Part shown: positions 29,365 to 37,362 of the stretch, piece by piece
How the letters are laid out: every line of letters begins with the position of its first letter
Position numbering within the stretch: position 1 is the first letter of the stretch
Sequence record: DRR378314_363
Length of the DNA: 38,633 bases
Direction: 5' to 3' (one strand)
Position numbers and translations under genes: made by a program
The notes under the pieces: model-generated
The model's database searches: none
Seen by the model: only the letters and a program-made list of their open reading frames with translations
Told to the model about the DNA's origin: nothing

Positions 29365-29400
29365 ATGTAAGCGCTTGCATTATCAATGTAAGCGCTTACA
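29365..29400. promoter_or_regulatory. Tandem LacI-type operators (putative HpsR sites)
   Basis: ATGTAAGCGCTTGCAT (29365-29380) and the perfect palindrome TGTAAGCGCTTACA (29387-29400); central CG; centres 21 bp apart. Confidence 0.85.
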
Positions 29401-29431
29401 AATGTGTTTGAGATAACAAACTGGGATTTTT

Positions 29432-29620
29432 GTGATGTTTCTCTGGGCCTCCGCCGCCGTGTTTGCCGTGTTCTTTGCCAATGTGGCCTTGGGCGCCTTC
29501 GGCGGTGGTGGGTTTTTGGGAGATGTCGACGAGATGCTGGTTCTGTTCGCTGCCTCGATTTTGTTCGTGATGGCCATTCTCAAGCAAGAGGCTGACCACA
29601 AAAACAAAAACGGCAGCTGA
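29432..29620 (+). CDS. Small two-helix membrane protein, first ORF of the hps operon
   Basis: 62 aa, two hydrophobic segments joined by a GGGG/acidic loop, basic tail; lies between the operators and the hpsK RBS. Start may be GTG 29432 or ATG 29435. Confidence 0.7.
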   Translation: MMFLWASAAVFAVFFANVALGAFGGGGFLGDVDEMLVLFAASILFVMAILKQEADHKNKNGS

Positions 29621-29642
29621 CTGATTTCATGGGAGGAAGACA

Positions 29643-30788
29643 ATGACTAATGGCAAGGATGGCCTCAAATCTGCTGAGCGCCGGAATTTTCTGAAATTGG
29701 CCACAACGGGCTCGTTCACAGCGGCACTCGTGGCTGGCGCTGGAGGGATACTGTGGTCATCAGAGGCGGCAGCGCAGACCGCCAAGGAAGAAAGCGAGCG
29801 CGAAAAAGCCGCCGAGCACGTAATGACTGTTGCCACGGCATACGTCATGGGCGCGTCGCGCAGCTATCCGATCATGCAACTGGATCTGAAAGAGAACATC
29901 CAGAACGCGACTAATGGCAAGGTTTACGTCAAACTGGCCCCCGGCGGGCAGTTGGGCGCGGGTGGAGCACTGGTTCAGAAGGTCCAGGGTGGCACCATTC
30001 AGGCGGCGCAGCATTCGCTGTCGAATTTCGCCCCCTTTGCGTCGACCGTCGATCTGATCAACATGCCGTATCTTTGCGGTTCAAACCAGCGGTTCACAAA
30101 CCTTGTGCATTCGGACACATGGACCAACGAAGTTCACCCCAAGGTCGAAGCCGCCGGGTTCAAGGCCTTGTTCTACGTTGTAATTGACCCGCGTGTTGTC
30201 GCCGTGCGGCAGGGCGGAAATGCCATTATGACCCCGTCTGACATGAGCGGTGTGAAATTCCGCGTACCGGGATCAAAAATGCTGCAGCAATATTATCGGA
30301 TGGCTGGCGCGAACCCCACTCCGGTTGCCTGGGGCGAGACACCATCGGCGATCAAGCAAGGTGTGGCGGATGCGCTCGACCCGTCGGTTGGCGCGCTTTA
30401 TGTCTTTGGGTTCAAAGACATTCTCAGCAATGTCACCTTCACGCAGGCGGTTCCCGACAGTCAGGTCTATTCCTGTAACCTTGAATGGTTCAACTCAATG
30501 CCAGCCGACGTGCAGGACGGAATCATGTGGGGCTCGGAAATGACCAGCCATCAGAATCTGGCCAAAGTTCCTTCGGCTCGGGCCTTTGCAATGGCAGAGC
30601 TGAACAAAGCAGGCGTTCAATTCCATTCGCTGTCTGACGATCAACTGGCCGAGTGGCAAGATGCCGGAGGTTACCAGCGCTCGGAGTGGGACCCCTTCAA
30701 GACCGAACTGGCAGGCTCGATGGAGAATTTCGACAAGCTAGTCGAAGCGGCGGGTACGCAGGGCAAGTACTACGTCAACGACGCGTAA
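29643..30788 (+). CDS. hpsK: TRAP transporter substrate-binding protein (DctP) for DHPS, Tat signal
   Basis: ERRNFLK twin-arginine signal, GGQLG, GVKFRVPGS, WGETPSAIKQGVAD; GGAGG RBS; hps context. Confidence 0.9.
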   Translation: MTNGKDGLKSAERRNFLKLATTGSFTAALVAGAGGILWSSEAAAQTAKEESEREKAAEHVMTVATAYVMGASRSYPIMQLDLKENIQNATNGKVYVKLAPGGQLGAGGALVQKVQGGTIQAAQHSLSNFAPFASTVDLINMPYLCGSNQRFTNLVHSDTWTNEVHPKVEAAGFKALFYVVIDPRVVAVRQGGNAIMTPSDMSGVKFRVPGSKMLQQYYRMAGANPTPVAWGETPSAIKQGVADALDPSVGALYVFGFKDILSNVTFTQAVPDSQVYSCNLEWFNSMPADVQDGIMWGSEMTSHQNLAKVPSARAFAMAELNKAGVQFHSLSDDQLAEWQDAGGYQRSEWDPFKTELAGSMENFDKLVEAAGTQGKYYVNDA

Positions 30789-30795
30789 CTCAGTT

Positions 30796-30822
30796 GGGCG
30801 AAGGGCAGGACGCCCTTCGCCC
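30796..30822 (+). terminator. 11-bp stem-loop between hpsK and hpsL
   Basis: GGGCGAAGGGC-AGGAC-GCCCTTCGCCC followed by TCTTCT. Confidence 0.65.
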
Positions 30823-30899
30823 TCTTCTCCACATTCAACCAGATGGCGGCGGTCCAGGTGGACCGGCATAGCTTTCGCTGTCAGGGACCGGGGCTGGAT

Positions 30900-31412
30900 A
30901 TGACCTTATTGCAAAAGATCGACCGCGACGCCGAACGCTGGTTGTTATTGGTGTTCTACGTAATGCTCGTCATTACCATGGCGATCGAGGTGCTGCGGCG
31001 CGAGATTTTTGCCTTTTCCTCGATCTGGGGCGAAGAAATTGTTCGCTATTCTTTCATCTACCTCGCATGGATCGGAGCGGCGGCCGCGGTCAAGGAACGC
31101 GCCCATATCCGTATCGACGTGCTGATGCACTATATGGGGCCGCGTCCAAAGGCGGTTCTGTATATATTCGGCGATCTGGTGATGCTGGGTGTGGCGGTCA
31201 TCGCGCTCTACTGGTCCTATGAGGCCGTTCACGTTTCAGCCAAATTCGGTTCGGTCACCGACGGGCTGCGGGTGTCCAAAGTCTGGTTTCTGATGGCAGT
31301 TCCAACCGGGTTCGGGCTGATGATCTGGCGCCTGATCCAATCCCTGATGCGCGATTTTAAATCCCTTCGTGACGGTACACCCGTTTTCGAAGGCGACAAG
31401 CTGTTTGACTGA
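30900..31412 (+). CDS. hpsL: TRAP transporter small permease (DctQ)
   Basis: WGEEIVRYSFIYLAWIGAAAAVKERAHIRID; 4 TM segments. Confidence 0.9.
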   Translation: MTLLQKIDRDAERWLLLVFYVMLVITMAIEVLRREIFAFSSIWGEEIVRYSFIYLAWIGAAAAVKERAHIRIDVLMHYMGPRPKAVLYIFGDLVMLGVAVIALYWSYEAVHVSAKFGSVTDGLRVSKVWFLMAVPTGFGLMIWRLIQSLMRDFKSLRDGTPVFEGDKLFD

Positions 31413-31423
31413 GGAGAACGCGA

Positions 31424-32752
31424 ATGCTCTGGAATTCCCTCAATCAAACGGTCGAACTGGGCTGGGATTTTTATCTGCCCGTCATTCTATTCGTTGGCCT
31501 GATCGCATTGGCCGTTCCGGTTTGGGCTGCGATTGGCACCGCTGCAATTGTCATGCTGGTCATGTCGGGCGACCTTCCGTTGAGCGCGATTGGTGAAAGC
31601 CTGTTCACCGGCATAGACGCCTTTGCGTTAACGGCGGTGCCGCTTTTTATCCTGACCGGCGATGTCCTTGTTAGGACCGGGCTAAGCAAGAAATTTCTTG
31701 ATGTCGCAGAGGCGCTAACCTGTTGGACACGCGGTGGATTCGGATCGGCCACGGTACTTGTCTGCGGAATGTTCGCCGCGATCTCCGGCTCTGACGCCGC
31801 GGGCGCGGCAGCGGTGGGGCGGATGACGATCGCGCGGCTCGTGGAAAGTGGATACCCACGGCCCTATGCCTGTGCGCTGGTGGCTGCGGGGGCCTGTACC
31901 GGCATCCTGATCCCGCCCTCGATCGCCTACATCATCATCGGTCTGGTGCTGGGTATCTCAGCCTCGACCCTGTTCCTGGCGGCGCTGATCCCCGGTATTG
32001 CGATTTTGGTTTCGATCCTGATCACAAATATCATCATGAACCGGCTTTATACCTATGAAACCGGGGGTAACATGGGCTTTGGGGAATGGTTTGGTAATCT
32101 TGGCCAGTCCCTGAAATCCGGCTGGTATGCGTTTATTGTGCCTGGGATCATTTTCTACGGTATTTTCTCGGGTCGCCTGACCCCGACCGAAGCGGGCGCG
32201 ACGGCGGTGGTTGTTACCATTGTGATGGGTTTCATTCTGGGCACTTTGAAGTTGTCCGATTTTCCGGCGATGCTGGTCAGCTCGGCCAAGGTGAATGGTG
32301 TGATCCTTCCAATCATCGCATTCTCTGCCCCGTTGGCAGAAGCGCTGGCAATTATGGGCGTGCCGCAAGGGTTCGTGACGGCGGTCACAGGTCTGACTGA
32401 TGATCCAATGCTGTTGATCCTGCTGATGATCTGTATCCTGATCGCGGCAGGCTGCGTCATGGAAACAACGCCTAACATTGTGATATTGGCCCCAATCTTG
32501 AAGCCATTGGCCGACAATATCGGAATGAATGAGATTCAGTTTTGTATTATGATGATCACCGCGCTGGGAGTTGGATTCATCACACCTCCCCTGGGGCTGA
32601 ACCTATTTGTTGTCTCCGGCATCACGGGTGAGTCCATCCTCAAGATTGCGGCACGCGCTATTCCATTCGTGCTGACAATGTTGATTGTGGTGCTGTTGAT
32701 TGCATACTTCCCGCCGATCTCGACCACGCTGCTTCCCGATATCTACAAATAG
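31424..32752 (+). CDS. hpsM: TRAP transporter large permease (DctM)
   Basis: AVPLFIL, FAAISGS, GILIPPSI, TPTEA, GFITPPLGLNLFV. Confidence 0.92.
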   Translation: MLWNSLNQTVELGWDFYLPVILFVGLIALAVPVWAAIGTAAIVMLVMSGDLPLSAIGESLFTGIDAFALTAVPLFILTGDVLVRTGLSKKFLDVAEALTCWTRGGFGSATVLVCGMFAAISGSDAAGAAAVGRMTIARLVESGYPRPYACALVAAGACTGILIPPSIAYIIIGLVLGISASTLFLAALIPGIAILVSILITNIIMNRLYTYETGGNMGFGEWFGNLGQSLKSGWYAFIVPGIIFYGIFSGRLTPTEAGATAVVVTIVMGFILGTLKLSDFPAMLVSSAKVNGVILPIIAFSAPLAEALAIMGVPQGFVTAVTGLTDDPMLLILLMICILIAAGCVMETTPNIVILAPILKPLADNIGMNEIQFCIMMITALGVGFITPPLGLNLFVVSGITGESILKIAARAIPFVLTMLIVVLLIAYFPPISTTLLPDIYK

Positions 32753-32764
32753 GATTTTCTGGCA

Positions 32765-34072
32765 ATGACCCGCGAATATCTGAAAAAGGCCGATCTGACC
32801 CCCAAGTCAGACGCGTCTGAGACCCACAAAATCGTGCAGGACATCCTGAACGACATTGAGGCAGGCGGTGACGCCAAAGCGTTGGAATATGCCGCAAAGT
32901 TCGACAATTACGAGGGCAGCGTATTGTTGACGCCCGATGAGATCGAGGCTGCCTGCGCCCTCGTGCCTGAAAAACTAAAGGCTGATATCCGCTTTTCACA
33001 TAATAACGTGCGCCGATTTGCCGAGCTGCAGAAAAGCACGGTGCATGATGTCGAGATTGAAATATCGCCGGGTTTTACCACGGGTCAGAAAGCGATCCCT
33101 GTGGATGCAGCTGGTTGCTACGTGCCGGGTGGGCGCTACAGCCATATCGCCAGCGCTATAATGACGGTGACAACCGCCAAGGTCGCGGGTTGCAACCACA
33201 TCACCGCCTGTTCGCCACCGCATGCTGGTGTAGGGGTTGCACCTGCCATCATCTATGCGGCGCATATTTGCGGTGCGGACAAGATTATGGCGATGGGTGG
33301 CGTTCAAGGGGTTGCGGCAATGACCTTTGGTCTGTTCGGGTTGCCCAAGGCGAACATTCTTGTCGGCCCCGGCAATCAGTTTGTCGCCGAAGCGAAACGG
33401 ATACTGTTCGGCCGCGTTGGTATCGACATGATCGCAGGACCGACAGATAGCCTGATACTGGCCGACTCAACCGCTGATCCACATATCGTGGCCACCGATT
33501 TGGTGAGCCAGGCAGAACATGGCTACAACTCACCGGTTTGGCTGGTGACTGATAACCGTGCTCTGGCGGAAGATGTCATGCGGCTGGTGCCTGCCTACAT
33601 AAACGAATTGCCCGAGTTGAACCGCGAGAATGCTGCAGCAGCCTGGCGCGACTATGCCGAGGTCATCCTGTGCGCGGATCGCGAGGACATGGCGGCCTGT
33701 TCTGATGAGTACGCGCCCGAGCATCTGACGGTGCAAGCCGAAGATCTGGATTGGTGGCTGGATCGGCTGACCTGCTACGGTTCCCTGTTTCTGGGTGAAG
33801 AGACCACTGTTTCCTACGGCGACAAAGCGGCGGGCACGAACCACGTACTGCCGACGTCTCGCGCCGCGAATTACACGGGCGGGTTGTCAGTTCACAAATA
33901 CATGAAGATCGTGACCTGGCAGCGGGCCACCCGTGAGGGCTCCAAACCGGTGGCAGAGGCCACCGCTCGGATTGCGCGGCTTGAAGGGATGGAGGGCCAT
34001 GCGCGTGCCGCAGACGTCCGGTTGGCCAAGTATTTCCCGGACGAAATCTTTGACCTGACTGCGAATGGCTGA
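32765..34072 (+). CDS. hpsN: Sulfopropanediol (DHPS) 3-dehydrogenase, HisD family
   Basis: GCYVPGG, GPGNQFV, DMIAGPTD, QAEHG, APEHL; GDKAAGTNHVLPT where HisD has GDY; TRAP and dehydrogenase context with no his genes. Confidence 0.92.
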   Translation: MTREYLKKADLTPKSDASETHKIVQDILNDIEAGGDAKALEYAAKFDNYEGSVLLTPDEIEAACALVPEKLKADIRFSHNNVRRFAELQKSTVHDVEIEISPGFTTGQKAIPVDAAGCYVPGGRYSHIASAIMTVTTAKVAGCNHITACSPPHAGVGVAPAIIYAAHICGADKIMAMGGVQGVAAMTFGLFGLPKANILVGPGNQFVAEAKRILFGRVGIDMIAGPTDSLILADSTADPHIVATDLVSQAEHGYNSPVWLVTDNRALAEDVMRLVPAYINELPELNRENAAAAWRDYAEVILCADREDMAACSDEYAPEHLTVQAEDLDWWLDRLTCYGSLFLGEETTVSYGDKAAGTNHVLPTSRAANYTGGLSVHKYMKIVTWQRATREGSKPVAEATARIARLEGMEGHARAADVRLAKYFPDEIFDLTANG

Positions 34073-34826
34073 TCCGCGCGAACTGTTTGATCTGAAGGGC
34101 CGGACCGCCTGCGTGACCGGCGCCAGTTCAGGGCTGGGAAGACAGGCGGCGATGGCCCTTGCGGCGGCAGGGGCGCAGGTGGTGGCCGTTGCGCGCCGGG
34201 CCGAGGCATTGGAAAGCCTCAGTTCTGAGATTGGTTCAGACGCCGCATATGTGCAGGCGGATGTAGCGGACCCTAGTAGGGCGCAGACGTTGGCAGCTGG
34301 GATTTCCCAACCCTTTGGCGCCCCGGATATCGTTGTACATGCTGCTGGATTAAACACCCGGCAGCCAGCGGATGAAGTCACGACTGCGGAATGGGACAAG
34401 ACGCTGGCGATAAACCTGTCAGCCCCCTTCTTTCTAAGTCAGGCCTTGGTGCCCGCCATGAAGGGACGAGGCTGGGGGCGGATCGTCAACTTTGCTTCGC
34501 TTCAGACTTCCCGTGCCTTTCCCGGCGGCATCGCCTATGGGGCGAGCAAGGGAGGGGTTGGCCAACTGACCCGTGCGATGGCAGAGGCCTGGTCTTCGTT
34601 CGGTATCACCGCCAATGCGATCGGGCCGGGCTTCTTTCCAACCGAACTAACCCAGCCCGTGTTCAGTGACGAGGCCCGCGCAGCTGGCAATGCGGCACAA
34701 ACTTGTATCGGCCGCAATGGTCGGCTTGAGGATATCGATGGCCCGCTACTTTTCCTGTGTTCTGACGCGTCGGCCTATGTAACCGGCCAAATCCTGATGG
34801 TGGACGGGGGGTTTACGGCGAAATGA
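34065..34826 (+). CDS. hpsO: SDR-family DHPS 2-dehydrogenase
   Basis: TGASSGLG, YGASK, PGFFPT, VDGG; overlaps the end of hpsN. Confidence 0.85.
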   Translation: MADPRELFDLKGRTACVTGASSGLGRQAAMALAAAGAQVVAVARRAEALESLSSEIGSDAAYVQADVADPSRAQTLAAGISQPFGAPDIVVHAAGLNTRQPADEVTTAEWDKTLAINLSAPFFLSQALVPAMKGRGWGRIVNFASLQTSRAFPGGIAYGASKGGVGQLTRAMAEAWSSFGITANAIGPGFFPTELTQPVFSDEARAAGNAAQTCIGRNGRLEDIDGPLLFLCSDASAYVTGQILMVDGGFTAK

Positions 34827-35803
34827 AAGCTTTGGTTTACGAAGGGGTAGAGACGCTTGGTTTCCACGAGGTGCCCATGGCAGCAGCTCAGGCAGGGGAG
34901 CATTTGATCCGCATCCACGCCTCTGGCATCTGCGGATCTGACATGCATGCCTATCTGGGGCACGACGCCCGCCGACCCGCGCCCCTCATCCTTGGGCACG
35001 AGGCAGCGGGTGTTATCACTGGTGGTCCGCGCGATGGTCAACGTGTGACCATAAATCCGCTGGTCAACTGCAGTACATGTAATGCCTGTGTTTCGAGGCA
35101 CGAGAACCTTTGTCCCAACCGCCAGATCATCTCGATGCCCCCGCGCGAGGGGGCTTTTGCGCAGTTTGTGGCCATCCCGGATCGCAATTTGGTTCTGGTG
35201 CCAGATGACGTACCTTTGGAAAAGGCTGCATTGACGGAACCGCTGGCAGTAAGTTGGCATGCCGTGCGGCTTGCGTTGGAAGCACTTTCTCCGGCGATGG
35301 ACCGTCACGCTCTGGTCATCGGCGGTGGTGCCATCGGTCTGGCGGCTGCTCTTGCGCTGCGGGCGATGGGGGTGGATGACGTAATCGTTCAGGAACCTAA
35401 TCCGGCGCGTCGGGTCTTTCTGACAGAGCGTTGCGGACAGCAGACAACCGACCAGTTTCGGGGCTCAGTACCGCTGGTCGTGGACGCGGTTGGCAATGCA
35501 GCCACTCGCGCGACCGCCTCAGCGGTCACAGCGCCCGGCGGGGTCATTGCGCATGTAGGCCTGGGCGAGGATGCCGGTGGCCTGGATATTCGTCGCATGA
35601 CGTTGCAAGAGATCACGTTCATCGGCACCTATACCTATACTGCGCAGGATTTCCAGGACACCGCGCGCGCAATCTTCGATGGCCGCCTCGGGCCACTGGA
35701 TTGGCCCGAGTTGCGCCCTTTGTCTGACGGTGCTACCGCTTTTCAAGACCTGAGATCTGGTTCAGTGGCCGCGCCCAAGATTATCCTTGATCCCTGGGCG
35801 TAA
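34823..35803 (+). CDS. hpsP: Zn-dependent MDR alcohol dehydrogenase (DHPS 2-dehydrogenase)
   Basis: GICGSD, GHE, CxxCxxC-7x-C structural Zn, GGGAIG; ATGA overlap with hpsO. Confidence 0.85.
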   Translation: MKALVYEGVETLGFHEVPMAAAQAGEHLIRIHASGICGSDMHAYLGHDARRPAPLILGHEAAGVITGGPRDGQRVTINPLVNCSTCNACVSRHENLCPNRQIISMPPREGAFAQFVAIPDRNLVLVPDDVPLEKAALTEPLAVSWHAVRLALEALSPAMDRHALVIGGGAIGLAAALALRAMGVDDVIVQEPNPARRVFLTERCGQQTTDQFRGSVPLVVDAVGNAATRATASAVTAPGGVIAHVGLGEDAGGLDIRRMTLQEITFIGTYTYTAQDFQDTARAIFDGRLGPLDWPELRPLSDGATAFQDLRSGSVAAPKIILDPWA

Positions 35804-35833
35804 GCAGCCTGCCCAAGAAAACGGAGAGCACAC

Positions 35834-36244
35834 ATGTACGACAAAGTTCTGGTTCCCATGGCGCTGGACCACGGCGTTTCTGGCACAACCCTTGCTGCCG
35901 CAAAGACCTTGTGCAATCCGGGCGGGCAGATCACCGCCCTGCACGTCTATGAGGCGCCACACAGCTCTGTCAGCGCGTATCTGGATAAAGACGCTGTGCG
36001 GGATGGTTGGGAAAATGCCCGTAAGCGGCTGACCGAGAAAACGGCTGGCCATGACAACGTGGCAGCCGAGATGGTCAAAGGCCGTTCTTACCGTGCCATC
36101 CTTGAATATGCAGAAGAACATGGTGTGGATTGCATCGTTGTCGGCTCTCACAAGCCGGGTCTCAGCGACTTTTTTCTTGGGACCACGGCTGCTCGGGTAA
36201 TCCGTCATGCGCCTTGCGCTGTGCATGTCTGCCGCACCGCCTGA
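35834..36244 (+). CDS. Universal stress protein (UspA family)
   Basis: [41 protein letters not shown]. Confidence 0.9.
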   Translation: MYDKVLVPMALDHGVSGTTLAAAKTLCNPGGQITALHVYEAPHSSVSAYLDKDAVRDGWENARKRLTEKTAGHDNVAAEMVKGRSYRAILEYAEEHGVDCIVVGSHKPGLSDFFLGTTAARVIRHAPCAVHVCRTA

Positions 36245-36304
36245 AGATGAACACCGACACTCTAAATCGCGCGCTGCGCTTCAAACAGGACTGATATTCC
36301 GGAA

Positions 36305-36811
36305 ATGGATATAGACAAAAAGATAACAGACGATCTGGTTGCGAATGATGTCTCGTTTGTGACTACCGTACCTTGTAAACAACTTGCGGGCGTAATCGAA
36401 ATGATCGATGCGCGAGACGAGATTTTTCACATCCCTTCGAACAAAGAAGATGAAGGTATGGGCCTGTGTGCTGGGGCGTGGATGGGCGGCAAACGCCCGG
36501 CGATCATCATGCAGAACACGGCCATCGGTGTGACGATCAACACTCTGGCGACATTAATTCAGTATTACCGGATGCCGTTGCCCATGTTGATTTCGTATCG
36601 GGGTGAGCTGCGTGAACCCATCGCCTGCCAGGTCGAAATGGCAGTCCACACCAAGGCGCTGTTGGCTCAGCTCAATATCCCGACCTATCACTTCCACCAT
36701 CAATCTGATGTCGAAGAACTGGACGCGATCCTGAAATACACCTTCATGTGCAATAAGCCGGTCGCCATCCTGACCGACGCCAATTTCTGGGGAGGCTACG
36801 GCGACCAATGA
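36305..36811 (+). CDS. comD: Sulfopyruvate decarboxylase alpha subunit
   Basis: VTTVPC, KEDEGMGLCAGA, MQNTAIG, SYRG; TPP pyrimidine-binding domain. Confidence 0.9.
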   Translation: MDIDKKITDDLVANDVSFVTTVPCKQLAGVIEMIDARDEIFHIPSNKEDEGMGLCAGAWMGGKRPAIIMQNTAIGVTINTLATLIQYYRMPLPMLISYRGELREPIACQVEMAVHTKALLAQLNIPTYHFHHQSDVEELDAILKYTFMCNKPVAILTDANFWGGYGDQ

Positions 36812-37362
36812 TCCGTTCTGAAATTCTTAAGGACATCGCTCCGATCCTGCGTGATCAATTGGTTGTCTGCAATATTGGTATTCCCAGCCAGGAACTACAC
36901 GCCATCGACGACCAGCCTTCAAATTTTTACATGTTGGGAACCATGGGTCTGGCCTCGTCCATTGGGCTGGGGCTGGCATTGTCACAGCCCAAACCTGTGA
37001 TCGTGATTGATGGTGACGGCTCGATCCTGACCAATCTGGGCACCTTGCCAACCATCGCCAATAATGTGGCCGATAACTACATCCTCTTGATTGTGGACAA
37101 TGGCTCTTACGGATCGACCGGGGATCAGCCGACTTATGCGGGACAAAAAACCTCGCTAACCAAGATGGCCGAGGCTGCGGGATGTGAGCGGGTTATTGAA
37201 TGCGCCGCCGAGGATACCGGCCGTGTCCTGCAAGAGGCACTGGATGCAAATCAGATGACCATTATCGTCAGCAAGTGTGAAAGCGGCAATGCCAAGATGC
37301 CACCAATCACCATGGACCCCGTAGTCATTCGCGACCGCTTCATGAAGGCCGTTCAGGCCTGA
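36808..37362 (+). CDS. comE: Sulfopyruvate decarboxylase beta subunit
   Basis: NIGIPSQEL, FYMLGTMG, GDGS...DNGSYGSTGDQ TPP motif; ATGA overlap with comD. Confidence 0.9.
   Translation: MIRSEILKDIAPILRDQLVVCNIGIPSQELHAIDDQPSNFYMLGTMGLASSIGLGLALSQPKPVIVIDGDGSILTNLGTLPTIANNVADNYILLIVDNGSYGSTGDQPTYAGQKTSLTKMAEAAGCERVIECAAEDTGRVLQEALDANQMTIIVSKCESGNAKMPPITMDPVVIRDRFMKAVQA

Noticed and set aside
32765..34072. Histidinol dehydrogenase (hisD)
   Set aside because: GDK instead of GDY and GPTD instead of GPSE, plus TRAP/SDR/MDR/comDE context with no his genes, fit HpsN.
36305..37362. Coenzyme M biosynthesis or phosphonopyruvate decarboxylase
   Set aside because: No comA/comB or pepM nearby; the context is sulfonate catabolism.
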